Positions 27,476 through 40,860 are shown, counted from the first letter of the whole stretch. The stretch: 63,700 nucleotides of DNA, filler included, from Octopus bimaculoides (GCF_001194135.2; 7 parts of 6 records of this genome joined end to end with filler, not necessarily neighbours in it), one strand, 5' to 3'. The notes: generated from the letters alone by a model not told the origin. Made by a program: numbers and translations.

Positions 27476-28125
27476 AGAAGCTTGCTTCCCAACTACATGG
27501 TACCAGGTTCAGTCCCACTGCATGGCATCTTGGGCAAGTGTCTTCTGCAATAGCCTCAGGCTGACCAAAGCCTTGTGAGTGGATTTGATAGATGGAAATT
27601 AAAAGAAGCCCGTCATGTATATCTGACTGGCTCCCCATGCCGGTGGCACATAAAAAGCACCCACTACACTCTCAGAGTGGTTGGCGTTAGGAAGGGCATC
27701 CAGCTGTAGAAACATTGCCAGATCAGATTGNNNNNNNNNNCATCCAGCTGTAGAAACATTGCCAGATCAGATTGGAGCCTGGTGAGGCCTCCTGGCTTGC
27801 CAGTCCCCAATCAAACTGTCCAACCCATGCCAGCATGGGAAATGGACATTAAACAATGATGATGATGATGATATATATAAACACACACACTTATAATGTG
27901 TGTGGGGTTATGTCTGCATTTGTCCCTCATCATAGGTTGACAAACCAGTGTTGGTGTGTTTATGGCCCTGTAACTTAGTCGCTTGACAAAAAGACTGATA
28001 GAATAAATACCAGGCTTTAAAAAAAAAAGGAAATAGGAACTGGGGTGAATTTTATTTCACTAAAACCTTTTCAAGGCAATGCTTCAGCATGGCCACAGTC
28101 TAATGACTGCAACAAGTAAAACATA
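27474..28125 (+). mobile_element. SINE family B interrupted by an RTE 3' tail (27630-27872)
   Basis: SINE head 27474-27625, RTE tail, then SINE 3' body 27900-28125. Confidence 0.75.
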
Positions 28126-30199
28126 AAAAATACACAAACACACATATGTATGTATATAATTTTTTTCCCATGTAAAACACTAAAAGACATCGTCAATGGA
28201 GTAAATACCTCTGCTAATTAATCAATAGTGATGTCTGAGAGTTTGTAAACTTTCAACCAGACATTTTACTCTCAACACCAATAATTATAAGAGGAAATAT
28301 ATTTAGAAAAGTATCTGTCGTAAAATGAAATTTTATAATTTAAACTTCTCATTAGAATCGTTGAGTGTGTTGGAAATATGAACAGTGAGAGTTTGTCAGT
28401 GGCTGTATTATTCAAAACACTTGTCTAATCACCACCTTGTCTCATTAACCCTTTAATATAATCTTCAAAGGCTAATCTAATCAAAACAACTTCCTAGAAA
28501 TACCAAGAGTGAAACTATTGATAAAATTAAAATAAAGATGTAAAAAAAAAAAAAAAAAAAAGAATATGCCAAAAAAAAAACCCAAAAAACATCCCCACAA
28601 AAATGAAATAAAACAAAAACACTGATTCGTTGGTTCATTAGCAGATCTACAAAACACTTCCTAATTCGTCTTGACTCCAATATCAGCTCACTAGCATTAA
28701 ACACACATACGTATACTTATGCATGTGCACAAGTACATACATACATGCACGCATACACATATACATACACATATCTATATGTGCATACATGTGTATGTAC
28801 ATACGTATGTATGTATGTATGTATGTACGTACGTACATAGATAATCAAGCAAAGACACGCAGTTACTCACTGAAACCTGATTAACAAAATATATTAGGCA
28901 TTAATTCACAATAAAATCTCTACTTACAGCTAATTAGTTGGTAGATAATTCATAATTAGCTCAAACATCAAATAAAACTAGACTAAAATAAATGAAAGTT
29001 TGCAGAGATAAATATCAAATCTTCGAAGCTAATATAGTTGAAATTTTGAAAGAAGGAAAAACAATTTTTAGATATTTTTCTTTTTTCAAATATCTTGATG
29101 TCCAGTTGACAAGTAATCTATCTTAAACAATTTCACTTAGCTGAGAGCAGCAACCAGGAAATGAAGTTCACTGGCTTCTCTCAATAGGGATGAACCAGTA
29201 AAATTGATAAATTCCATTCCATCGTTGTTCAAAAAAACAAAGACATTAGTCATTTTGGTAGGAATAAGACAGAGTAAAGCAAAATGTATAACCAGACATA
29301 CTGTATATCATAATGTATAACCAGCCGAGAGTTGTAGGATTAAATCTACAACAGAAGCAACTAATAACTATCTTTCACCTTTTATTTTTTCAATCACAGG
29401 ACTGTGGCCATGCTGGGGTACTGCCTTCAAGGGTTTCAGTTGGTGAACCGCTAAGTTGCAGGGACATAAATCATTTTGTCGTGAGGAGAGGCAAAGTCTA
29501 AGATGTTTGGGAAAGGCTCTTCACTGAAGCAGATGAAATGTTTACTGATGGCAGAGCTGGTTAAATAGATTGGAAGTGAAAACATTGATAGTGTTTGCTA
29601 AAACTGGAACATCCTTGAACAATATAGGAAATGATGAAGAATCTAAACCAGCAGAACACAACCAACGAAGCCTGGAAATGCAGTTGTCAATTGCAAAGAC
29701 TATGACCAATCAATGGGAACGTTCTGGAGAAAAATCAGTTATGGAGGCAGTTACGACTGTCATATTTATTATTAACTAAATAGTATTTGAAGCCTTGTGA
29801 TTCAGTTTGGTAGGCAGAAGTTCCTGTCATGTGTGTACATGTGCATGAAAGTGCTGCTTGTGCCTCCTACCAGAGAGGAGGGAATAACTTGTGTGTGTGT
29901 AAGTAATGTATATATGATATATAGATATAATATAGATCTGTATGATAACAAGTTTAAGCTTTCAAAATAATTATACATTTGGAACACTACAAAGAAAATT
30001 AGACACAGAACCAGCAATATATATATGGCTTTTGAAAAATGACAATAAACCCGACATTAAGTGATGAATATTAAGTAAAGTACCAAGTTATAAGCAATTA
30101 AATATTCTCTCTGAAACATAGTAGAAATATCTAAATAAAATAGTAAATAAGACACAGAGAATTAATATCATCATACCGTCATATATATATATAAGTATC

Positions 30200-30380
30200 T
30201 TTATGTGCTGGTGCCATGTAAAAAGCGCCCAATACACACGGTAAAGTGGTTGGAGTTAAGAAGGGCATCCAGCAATGGAAACAGAGCTTGGCAAAATCTT
30301 CTGCCTGGTCAGCTCCTGTCAAACCATCCAACCCATGCCAGCATGTTAAAAACAGATGTTAAATAGTAATGATGATGATA
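30200..30380 (+). mobile_element. RTE-type LINE 3' tail
   Basis: ggtgccatgtaaaaagc...gaagggcatccagc...ccaacccatgccagcatg...gatgatga. Confidence 0.75.
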
Positions 30381-31404
30381 TGCATGGGTTTCTATATTTA
30401 TAGGTGATATCATATGTACAGGTATTGACATATATGTATAGTCACCATCATACATACAGGTATGAATATGTGTACAAATACCTACATGTATACAGGTACC
30501 ATCATAAGCATTGACTCGAGAATCCTTACCTATACACAAACAGCATGAACATATAATCCCAACAGAACCAGCATTTCCTTCTCACTCGCATTTTTTGCAG
30601 TTTTCAATGTTCATGCAGTATTTGGCACACAATTAGTAACAGAGTTCGAGTGATTTCATTTTTTAAAAACTTTGCTAAGTGCCAGCCTACAAACATTAAT
30701 GATGTCCCAAAACAGAGAAAACGAGATTCTAATTGAACGCATATTTCCTTTACATTGCCATTTCTTGTTTGTTTGTTTTTTTTGTTATGTTCGATTTTCT
30801 CTTCAAAACAGCATTACGTATTTTAATAGGAATAAAGTTAGGATGACATCCCTTCTTGAATAAATGCACATGCTAACTGTTAGCCCACAACCCCAGTAGA
30901 CATATAATAAATGTGAATAGATCTGTACCTCGATTAGCATGGAGAGACTCGTTAACACATGCATATATTAAGTTGTTCGAGTAAATGTGCTAACATAGAG
31001 ATGCAAGAATGAATGCATTTGGTAAAGAGCTTAAAATATACAAAGACACAACAACATGATAATACACCTGATGTAATGAACAGGTATAGTAGGGATTTAT
31101 ACACAAAGGACAGCCAATGAAAACATGCAGGACTTAAACAGGTGGATTATGAAACATTAGAACCAAATAACGATGAAATAATGAGCAACAATATTAAGAA
31201 TGATTATCCAATTATTAATATGTATATTCATTTGACTAAAAGGCAGTGCTCTAGCATGGCTGTAGTCAAATGACTGAAACAAGTAAAAGAATAAAAGGAT
31301 ATATATCTATAACGAGGAAAACAATTAGTTTTAAATCTTTGTTTCTTTGTTTTTAAGTCCAGTTATAATAAAATTGTTTTACATTAATCTAAGGGGCTAC
31401 TCTA

Positions 31405-31585
31405 CACTTTTGCAGATGACTTGGCAGGCACCAAACTGAAAGGATTTAATCAGACAAGTCAGCCCCAGGGCTTATTGTGCTTTTCAAGTCTGGTACCTAT
31501 TCTATCAGTCTCTTTTGCAGAACTGCTATGTTATAGGAATGAAAACAAACCAACACTGGTTGTCAAGCAGTGGAGAGACAAGCAT
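31405..31585 (-). mobile_element. SINE family B 3' body
   Basis: ggtacctattctatcagtctcttttgcagaactgcta...ccaacactggttgtcaagc. Confidence 0.7.
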
Positions 31586-32089
31586 GCGCACACGCACACA
31601 TACCTTCGTAATATTCTCTATATATAAATGCAACAAATCTCAAAGGGATATAAATATATTTCAGAAACAGATAATACAAATAAAATTCACATCTCCGCCC
31701 CCCCCCCACTCTTGAAAGCACAATGAAAAAAAAGAGAGAATAGAGGAAAAAGCCAAGAAAATCAACAGAAAAACAGCTACTCTACTGTATGATGCCACTA
31801 TTTTTGCTAATTTGGTGAAGGAAAAAGGTTAAAATGTGAGCCAACACAAATAACTGTTGGCACTAAGAATGGTTCTGTTTCCAACTGTAACCCCAAACCA
31901 ACCACTGAACAACAAACAAATTTTTCTGAAATATCCTCTAGCTCAACTTGTTGCTAGAGAACGAAACATTATTGGAAAGAAACAAAGAAATAACAATATG
32001 CACAAAAAACAAACATAAACAAAAGAGAAATTTACCAAACAACAAAAAATTGTTATTTCTTGCGGTGAATTGTTTTTTAAAATGGTAAA

Positions 32090-32232
32090 TAATGGCTTCA
32101 AATTCTGGTACAAGGCCAGCAAGTTTGTTGTAAGTGGGGGGGTAAGTCAATTACATTGACCCCAGTGTATAACTGGTACTTATTTTATCAAGGATGAAAA
32201 GCAGAGTAGACCTCATTGGAATTTGAACTCAG
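32090..32232 (-). mobile_element. SINE family A, partial
   Basis: acaaggccagc...gacccc agtgtataactggtacttatttt...ggaatttgaactcagagc. Confidence 0.7.
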
Positions 32233-32513
32233 AGCATAAAGAAGGATGAAATGCTACTTCCACACATAGCCATGATTATCTTATCCACTGTGTTCACCCC
32301 CCATTTTTTTTGTAAGATGGCAGGGTGTGAGTTGAGGGAGATGTCGCTGCTATTTCTGCCAGGTGAAGTGATCACATGAGAGGCCCTTGTTTTTGATACT
32401 AGAGTTAAGTAATGGTATAGGTTTAATGACACAGGAGCTAGAATATCAAAATACACATCTACCACACTCTGCACAAGTGGTTTCCAAACAATGCAACATA
32501 GAGCTGCTGCTGC

Positions 32514-32516
<3 letters not shown>

Positions 32517-32569
<53 letters not shown>

Positions 32570-32845
32570 AAATAAGAGAAACGGAGAGAGAGAGCAAATA
32601 AGAGAAAGAGAGAGAGAGAGAGCAAATAAGAGAAAGAGAGAGAGAGCAAATAAGAGAAAGAGAGAGAGAGCAAATAAGAGAAAGAGAGAGAGAGAGCAAA
32701 TAAGAGAAAGAGAGAGAGAGNNNNNNNNNNGAGAAAGAGAGAGAGAGCAAATAAGAGAAAGAGAGAGAGAGCAAATAAGAGAAAGAGAGAGAGAGCAAAT
32801 AAGAGAAAGAGAGAGAGAGAGCAAATAAGAGAAAGAGAGAGAGAG
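32517..32845. repeat. (GA)n-derived minisatellite, unit GCAAATAAGAGAAA(GA)5-7, 10 visible copies
   Basis: Motif at 32568, 32594, 32621, 32646, 32670, 32696, 32747, 32771, 32795 and 32821 (approximate). Confidence 0.9.
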
Positions 32846-32894
32846 TGTGTGTGAGTGACAAATGTCCTTCCTCTTTTATGTCACATTTACCTTT

Positions 32895-33620
32895 TAAAGG
32901 TGAATCACTTATTTTGCCACCATGCTGTTTGATTGGTAGTACAATATTCAGTAATGAAGCTGAACAAGAAATCTCCAGACCTCTGCTGTCTACAGACACA
33001 ATCCAAAAGAATGTAATTGAAATGTCTTTTAACATTGAAGACCGTGTTTCTGTTTAAGTAAAAGAAATTGAATTTGGTATTACTGGTTGACAAATCAACC
33101 AATGGAAGCTGTGAAACATAGCTACTAGTGTTCAAAGAAATGAAATTATACATCAATTTTCTTGTTTTGATGCTGCCAAGAACTTGCAGAACACACCAAA
33201 GGTAAAAACATATTGGCATAGTCAAAATGTTGAAGAATTCATACTTCCATGAAAATTGTATATTGGTGTTAGCAGAAATGATGGGCCAATCGTGGTAACT
33301 TCTTACTTTATTATTTTCTCAAAAGAAAGGATTTGAATATATTTGCTCAATCACTTTTGTGTGGAAAACAGCAGCATATTGGAAAGACCCTGGAGACAAA
33401 CCTGAAGTTTGTGTTAGACCAAGATATATCAGCCATCAAATCTGTGAAGTCAAGATTTGTTAAGATATAATATTTCAAGCAGCAGTTTGGTAATTCTATG
33501 AATTTTCTCAACAAATGCTTGACTTTACATTGAGAAATAAGATGGCTTTTGAAAGAGACAATGTTAGTTCTTCTTGTTTATAAGTCACAAAACAAATGGA
33601 AAATATTTCTACAGTTCTAA
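32895..33620 (+). pseudogene. Fossil hAT (Buster/Charlie, ZBED5/SCAND3-like) transposase fragment
   Basis: Frameshifted peptides GESLILP..LSTDTIQKNVIEMSFNIE; LLVDKSTN..*LLVF (cf. LQLDESTD..QLLVFVR); CQELAEHTKGKNI; KTLETNLKFVLDQ; TLH*EIRWL (cf. LLHTEVRWLS). Confidence 0.8.
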
Positions 33621-34253
33621 GAAAACAAGTTTCTGTGAATATCTCAGCAGTAAACCTATATTTGACAAGGAGTTTTAACAGACAGAAATATTGGGTTGTG
33701 GCTAGAACAGGACAAAAATCCCAAACAAAAAGATCCTGACATCAACCAACCAGCAATCAGGATCGGAAAAAAAAAAGAAGTGTTTATTAAACAGAAGCAA
33801 AGCTTGGTAGCTATGCTCCCAAACGATATTGCTGACCCCTAAAGGGGATTTGAGTAAACACTGAAGGAGGACCGCTTTAGATGATTTGGGTCTGACAATA
33901 TTCAAGAACAGCAAGCGGCTATTTGAAAGCAATTGCAACGTGTTTCCAAATATATTCTGGAGTTCAGAAGATGAGTTTCTGAAATTTTCTAATTATGTTT
34001 TAACAAATTTCATGTAGTTTTTTTTAACAACTCATTAGCAAGAATTTCAATTTCCAATATTTATGAAAATTAGAAACAAAACAAAAAAAAGATGGAAATA
34101 CTTTTTTGTGGAATTATAAGAAAAGAAATTTTGGTTAATCACAAATAAATCGAATAATATTTAGGAAACAGCCCCAAAACCTCATCAGCAACATTTTCAT
34201 CGTTGTCATTTTACATTTCTTTTTCCATACTGGTATGGGTCAGACAGTATTTC

Positions 34254-34454
34254 TTAATCCTTTAGCATATAAACTGGCCATGTCTGGCCCAAATACTCTA
34301 TTTGAATTATGTTCAAACTGGTCAGAACCTGTCTCTCACATCTATCCTACAATGTCACCTCATCAAAAATCTCAAATCTACAAGATAATCCAAAAAACAA
34401 TGTGAATAAATAAGTATTACATTTGATGGAATAATCTGAACTCTGAATGGTTAA
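34254..34454. mobile_element. TTAA-flanked MITE (piggyBac-type ends), degenerate; second partial copy at ~35385-35585
   Basis: ttaatcctttagcat...gaatggttaa; internal aaactggcca...gttcaaactgg shared by both copies. Confidence 0.55.
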
Positions 34455-36020
34455 ACGGTATTTTTAGGCATGACAGACATCTCTCTGTAGCCTATCAAAA
34501 ACTGGATACATTTTGGTATTTCAATTCAGGAAACGGGTCCACTCTATTCTGATTGTAATCTTAGACATCTTAGATCAGGTTATTGGATCAGACAAGTGGA
34601 TCGGAGACCAAACATTATTGTAATTCTTGTGTTCTTTGAACTCCAAAGAGTTTATGGAACCAAATGTCTCTGAGTACTTTTAATGCTATTTTTTTTTCTA
34701 CATTGAACCATAAAACACACATGTTCTTATATTGTTTTAGCACATTCAGAAATATACATTGATGGGACACTTGTAATTTAGTTCGACACAAATTTTCATC
34801 AATATATTGACTGCTCATCTTCAGGAGACATATTTCTATGCATACAAAGATATCTTTTGCCCAGGATCAGCTCAATAAATTTTTTATTTAATAACACAGA
34901 CTAAATACATTTTGTCTGTGTTGTGTAATTGTATTATTATACAAAAAACTTCCTTGTTATGTTTGCAACCACTGAATAGATACAGCTATCACTCACACCG
35001 CATGCGAGTCACTAACTCTTTATCCTAAGCTAATATAGGAAAGCTGAGAAAGAAAGCCTCTGCATGGTCATTTATTCCACTAGAAATAGCAGCCATATTT
35101 TCTTCAAGTCACACTACACTCTAGAGTCTTAAAAGAGGGGGAAGAAGATGTTGGACCATATAATCTTATGGCTACAAAAAGTTTAGAAAGATATGACTTG
35201 CATGCTTTTGATCATAGGTTTGTTCATTCAAGGCTGACCCGGGGTTAAATAACTATGACCACTGCCGCTGCTGCCACCAGTAGCAGCAACACAAAGACAA
35301 TAGTAATGTAGAATTTAAATGTATTTGTCCATAACAACACAGAGAGCGAACCTAACATGATAAAAATGAAAAACCACAACAAAATAAACCATTCCAGTTC
35401 TTTAAACTGGCCATATCTGGTCTAAATATTTCCCGTTTTCCATTCAAACTGGCCAGATCCAGCTTTTCACACTTATCTGACAATGTTATTCTATAGATAA
35501 ACAATTGCATTTTCAAAACCTTAAAGCTATGAGATAATATCTGATTAATTAAAAACAATGTGAAGAAATAAGAATTAGATTTAAGAGAGTAAACTTGGTG
35601 GCAAAAGGAGGGTTGAATCAGACATGTGAGATAATCTTGTCCTGAAGAGATGAGATGGTCATGAGTGGATCACACCTTTGATCATAGGGTGTGTGTGTCC
35701 TATCTGAGCTAACCAAGGGTTAAAGTTAATCTACTACAATGACTTAAATATGTCTGCTTTGATTCTCACAAAACTTTTCGGTTTGAACAACTGACATCAT
35801 CATCATCATCATCATGCCACAAAGATAGCAGCAACACGAATAAATACATAAATAGATAAACAAATCCTGAATATATATATAAAAAAAAGAAAAGAAAAGA
35901 AAAGAGCTTGGCCTGTCTGAAAATTGACAGACAGCAACGGAGATCAGTGAATTGAAGATCACAGGAGTGTGACAAAAGACTTTGATACTCAAATAATGAA
36001 AGAATAAAGAAACAACAACA

Positions 36021-36247
36021 ATTCTTTCCACTATAACCACAAGGCCAGCAACTTTAGCAGGAGGGGGAGGGGGAGGGGCTAGTGGATAGCATCAACCTCG
36101 GTGCTCAACATCCTGGTTTTTATCAACCCTGAAAAGATGAAAGGTAAAGTCGACTGAGGCAGAATTTGAACTCAGAATGTAGGGACGGGTAAAATACTGC
36201 TAAGCATTTCGTCCAATGTACCAAAGATTCTGCCAGCTCACTGCCTT
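36021..36247 (-). mobile_element. SINE family A
   Basis: aaggccagcaac...gaatttgaactcagaatg...ttctgccagctcactgcctt. Confidence 0.85.
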
Positions 36248-36554
36248 AATAATGACTATAAAGGTTCCAAATCGTGGCACAAGGCCAGCAATTTTTTTCN
36301 NNNNNNNNNNNNNNNNNNNNNNNNNNNNNNNNNNNNNNNNNNNNNNNNNNNNNNNNNNNNNNNNNNNNNNNNNNNNNNNNNNNNNNNNNNNNNNNNNNNN
36401 NNNNNNNNNNNNACTGGTGTTTTCTAATTTCATTTACCCCAAAAAAAGAAGGGCCACGGGCTTGTCATCACCTTTGACCCTTTTCCTCTGCCAACCCACA
36501 GACTGCCCTTTGTGGATAATGTGTAACACACAAACTCAACCTCTCACTTTGTCT

Positions 36555-36770
36555 TGTTCTTGAACCACTAAGTTATGGGGACGTAAACACACCAACTCTG
36601 GTTGTCAAGCAATGGTGGGACACACACACATATAATGGGCTTCTTTTTAGTTTCCATCTACCAAATCCACTCACAAGTCCAAGGTTATAACAGAAGACAT
36701 TTGCCTAAGGTGCCATACAGTGGGACTGAACCCAGAACTATGTGGTTGGGAAGCAAGCTTGTACCAGTAT
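36555..36770 (-). mobile_element. SINE family B
   Basis: gggacgtaaacacacc...ccaaatccactcacaa...gggactgaacccagaac. Confidence 0.8.
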
Positions 36771-37934
36771 GAGCAGATAAAGAAATTTTAAATATACAAC
36801 AGAACAGAACAGAAAATAGACGACAGTCGACTGTTCTGTCAATGGTGATGGGGTGTGACTGTGTGGTAAGAAGTGACAAAAAAAATATTAATCAGCTTTA
36901 ATTATTGCCAAAAGGGGCTCTGTTTGTGATTAGTCAACCTGCTAGAAATAGAAGCCAAAATCTCTCTCAGATCATACTCTGCTATGTTCAGGAAACGAAA
37001 AACAAGTTGGAATAGAAGTTTTAAATGATTTAGTTATACATGCTACTAAAAACAAAAGAAAAAGAAAACGAGTGGTAACTGTTAAAATGCTTTTGATCAT
37101 AGGTCGGCTCACTCAGAGTCAACCTAGGGTTAAACCGTTAAAATGCTTTTGGAGTTGGCCTTGAGGAGCAAACATCACCACCACCACCTCTGATGCTCAC
37201 CACTCCACAAACACCAATGATGCTGACCACCACCACTACTACTATTATTACTACTTTAAAATAACAAACAACCCCCTCCATGTTATGTACTCAGATATAT
37301 TTCTGTAACTGATACACAACCGAAGCAAGATTTTGCCAATGTTCATCTCCCTTACTGAAACTTTATCTTAAACCACTTAGATGTTCTCCTTAGATATTCC
37401 CAAACTGCTAACTTAACAAACTACATTCCTCCTCCTCCTTCTTCTTCTTCTTCTATTTTTCTCCTTCAGATCCATCTGAAACGTTATCCTCCAAATCCCA
37501 AATTTTTCGTTTAATCTCAACTCTCCTAGTGGTCCTGAAATTCTAGAAATCTTGTTTATATTTGGTCAAATGATATTTTTGTTTTTATTTTCTTTTAGTA
37601 ATTCCACTTTTAATCTTCGCACTTTCCTCATCCAACGGTGATGTGAAGAAGAAAAGGAGATATTTCTTTTTTCTCTCCTAAATCTGTTTGTAAAGAAATG
37701 GTTGTCTCATTCTGTGTCAGATTTAACTTTGGTTTCCAAGGATTTTTTTTCTTCCAATTTCAGGGCCAACAAAAAAATAATGAGTCTTATTGTCAAAACA
37801 CTCTTAAGGGATCACCATCTAAATTAGAAGTAGTAACGAGAGGGGGGATGGATAGATGGAGGGATGAACTTCTGATGGACACAGAGGGACGTTGTCCTGA
37901 CCTGGAACGTATTTTTCTCTTTGAGCCCTGGGAC

Positions 37935-38020
37935 TCAATAACATCAGTTGTCCAGTTTCCATGGCAACTAAATGACCAAAATCACAACATTCTCCTTGAA
38001 TGGGATGCTAGTTCATTGCA
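37935..38020 (-). mobile_element. Old SINE remnant (gggatgctagttcattgcag motif typical of widely conserved metazoan SINE domains)
   Basis: ccagtttccatggcaac...ccttgaatgggatgctagttcattgcag; match recalled, not searched. Confidence 0.4.
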
Positions 38021-39380
38021 GCCCAGACACTATAGGCCAAACTTGTATTCAAACCATAAAGAGAAAGTCTTAAAGCATCCTCCAGTGATGGAAGTTGGGT
38101 CTGTAGGCCAACCTCGTCTCATTGAATAGCGTTTTATATTGGTGAGTTGCAAGCGATTTATTTGCACTGCACCATGGTACCTTTACGCAGGCAGATAGAC
38201 TGTGCAGACAAGAGTTAAAAAGTCTTGGATATATATATATACACACATGGTAGACATTGTACAGTCTCCAGTGTTGTGATACAAACCATTAACCCTCCAG
38301 TGAGCTCAACAGCAACAATCTTCATTGTCCCTCCCTGCCATCTCTCTCTCTCTCTTTCTAATGTAATAATAATAATTCTCGTAAACCAGACACACTACAT
38401 AAAAACCTGTAACAACAAAGTCCTTATCTAAAAATACCAACACAAAACAACTGCTTTGTCTGGCAGACAATGACTGAGGTCTGGTAACAGTTATTATTAG
38501 TATTATTATTATCATCATCATCATCATCTTCTCTTGTTGCTTCCCTTTATTAAAACATTAACAGCACTGTAATATAAGAGATCTGACACACAGAAGCAGC
38601 AGCAGCAGCTATTACAGCACTAATTAATACAGCACGACAAAATAATTTGCTTTCCTTCCTTCTTTCTTTTCTTTCTTTCTTTTTTTAATAAAAGCAAATT
38701 ATGATATCAAGTTCTTTTCAATTATCTGTTTCATTAACTGTTATATCTCGTTAAAGGGGGGACATGGCATGCTGTTGCAATGAGAAATGATCACGGACAT
38801 CATCTGGAGACCAAAGAAAATATGGCTTCCCAAGAATTTATTACACAGCTACTGGTTTTTTCTTTCTTCCTATAAATCTTCTTTTCTTTTTACCAGATGC
38901 ACAGATCCCTACACTTAAGGGAAGTGGGGGAGGGTTACTGTTTGACCCCAGGTCAGCTCATATTGAGCAGAACTAGGATCAAAGGTAGAACACTGGTTTT
39001 TATATATCAGGAACTATACTGTATGTGATTCGGGGGAAGGTTTGGCTGCAATTTCTAGCAAACCAAGTAACTATGCTGAGGCTTTTTAATGGCTTTTGTG
39101 TTTTTCTAAGGTTATTAACAGTGTCATAAGCAAAGTGAGACGGTTTTGGTTGGAACTGAAATTGCATTAGAGACTCAACTCTTCAGATCTTACCACAAAA
39201 CCAAAAGACTATAAGAATCTACCATACATTTCGTCTTTTACTTTCAAAAATATTATGACCATCATTGTAATCATTTTAGCATTGCTTTTCTCATTCTCAC
39301 ATGCATCAGATGGAATTCCCTGAGGTAGATTTTTGTCCACTGGATGTTGGGGGAGGACAAACATAGACACACAAACATAT

Positions 39381-39433
<53 letters not shown>

Positions 39434-39434
<1 letters not shown>

Positions 39435-39596
39435 GACGGGCTTCTTTCAGTTTCCGTCTACCAAATCCACTCCTAAAGTTTTGGTCGGCCCGAGGCTATT
39501 AGAAGACACTTGCCCAAGGTGCCACGCAGTGGGACTGAACCCGCAACCATGTGGTTGGTAAGCAGGCTACTTACCACACAGCCACTCCTGCGCCTA
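39434..39596 (-). mobile_element. SINE family B head, young copy
   Basis: Reverse complement GGCGCAGGAGTGGCTGTGTGGTAAGTAGCC...GGTTCAGTCCCACTGCGTGGCACCTTGGGCAAGTGTCTTC (tRNA head plus CORE-like CCTTGGGCAAG), ending in (TA)n. Confidence 0.9.
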
Positions 39597-40275
39597 AGGC
39601 TGTTCCTCATTTTTTTTTTCAATCTATGAGGAAATTGGTAAATTAGGCATTTGTCAGGCTACTACATAGGTTTATGCATATTGTAATGGATACACGGTTC
39701 TGTGGAGTTATGGTTTTTCAGAGACAGAGCTACATTCCATGTGCATTATTATGGACAGGAGAAAGAATGTATTGACTAAGGACGGCCACAGTGTTTTGGG
39801 AGAAAAGAGGTCTACAGACACTTTTAGAATATTTAATAAATTGAAAACCAAATGAAGAATAAGAAAAAATCCTACAGAAGATATATGGCAAAAGAAATGA
39901 GGATAGAAAATGGACATAAATGAATTAGTGATGGCAGCAGAGGAAGTGGTGAAGGTGGAAGAGAGTAGATGGTACTAAAAGAAAAAAAAGAAAAAAGAGT
40001 CTGGAACAAAAATTCCAAGTTAAATTCAATTCAAATATGCAATAAAAATGAAGATAAAGAAAAAACCAAATCACAATATTGTCACTTTTTTTTTTTTTAT
40101 GAGAATGTTCTTTAATAAGTGTAAAACAAAATGTAGCATAAAATAATAAGTAAAATAAACAAACTGGTGTTACTTCCTTAAGTTGATATTTATCAAACCG
40201 TAATTAGTCTCCTTTCATATTCAACAGCCATTCACTTTAATTCAATCAGCAGATGTGGATACACACACACACACA

Positions 40276-40324
<49 letters not shown>

Positions 40325-40449
40325 CACAAATACAAGTTAATTCCCCCCTCCCCGCAATTCCTCCACCACTATAACTCTCACCAGCCACCATCTATTTATT
40401 TAGCATAAATATACTTTAGTTTTGTATTTTGGTATCCACCATGCCTCAC

Positions 40450-40490
40450 CACCCTCATGCCCAATAGCTAATGTTTTTGAAGGATAACAG
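40450..40490 (-). CDS. Candidate exon 3 of a minus-strand host gene (xCYPSKTLAIGHEG)
   Basis: Long polypyrimidine tract ending ctttcag; GTG|GTGAGG donor; only the phase-2 frame is open, matching the previous exon. Confidence 0.4.
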
Positions 40491-40690
40491 CTGAAAGGTC
40501 AAAAAAGTAAATAAAATTCAAACAAAAGAAAAACATAATATAGCTAATTAAATTGTTTTGATGAAAGACTTCAGATGTCTAGTTATAGCCTACCAAAAGT
40601 GTGGTGCTGTTTTTTGTTTTGTTTTTCGGTCTATTGAATTCCTTGAAGAACGCAGACAACAAAAACCATGCCATGATAATCAATTTATAC

Positions 40691-40743
40691 CTAGAGGTTG
40701 GAATACAGTAGTTATACCATAAAGATTTTAAAATTCCGCAGTT
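40691..40743 (-). CDS. Candidate exon 2 of a minus-strand host gene (NCGILKSLWYNYCIPTS)
   Basis: aaattttatag acceptor; TAG|GTATAA donor; only the phase-0 frame is open. Confidence 0.4.
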
Positions 40744-40824
40744 CTATAAAATTTACAACATAAACACGATTACATTTTACAAATGTATTTTTATGTCATA
40801 CATATACGTGTGTGAGTGTGTTTG

Positions 40825-40860
<36 letters not shown>

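Noticed and set aside
32517-32845. Regular repeat array as a possible CRISPR
   Set aside because: The inter-repeat segments are (GA)n rather than unique spacers; no cas genes; eukaryotic context
34780-34830. CTGAAGA...GAAA hammerhead-like core on the minus strand
   Set aside because: Stem II cannot close properly and I could not form stems I and III
37698-38129. 143-aa plus-strand ORF
   Set aside because: Crosses a SINE remnant and low-complexity sequence; no recognisable domain or splice context
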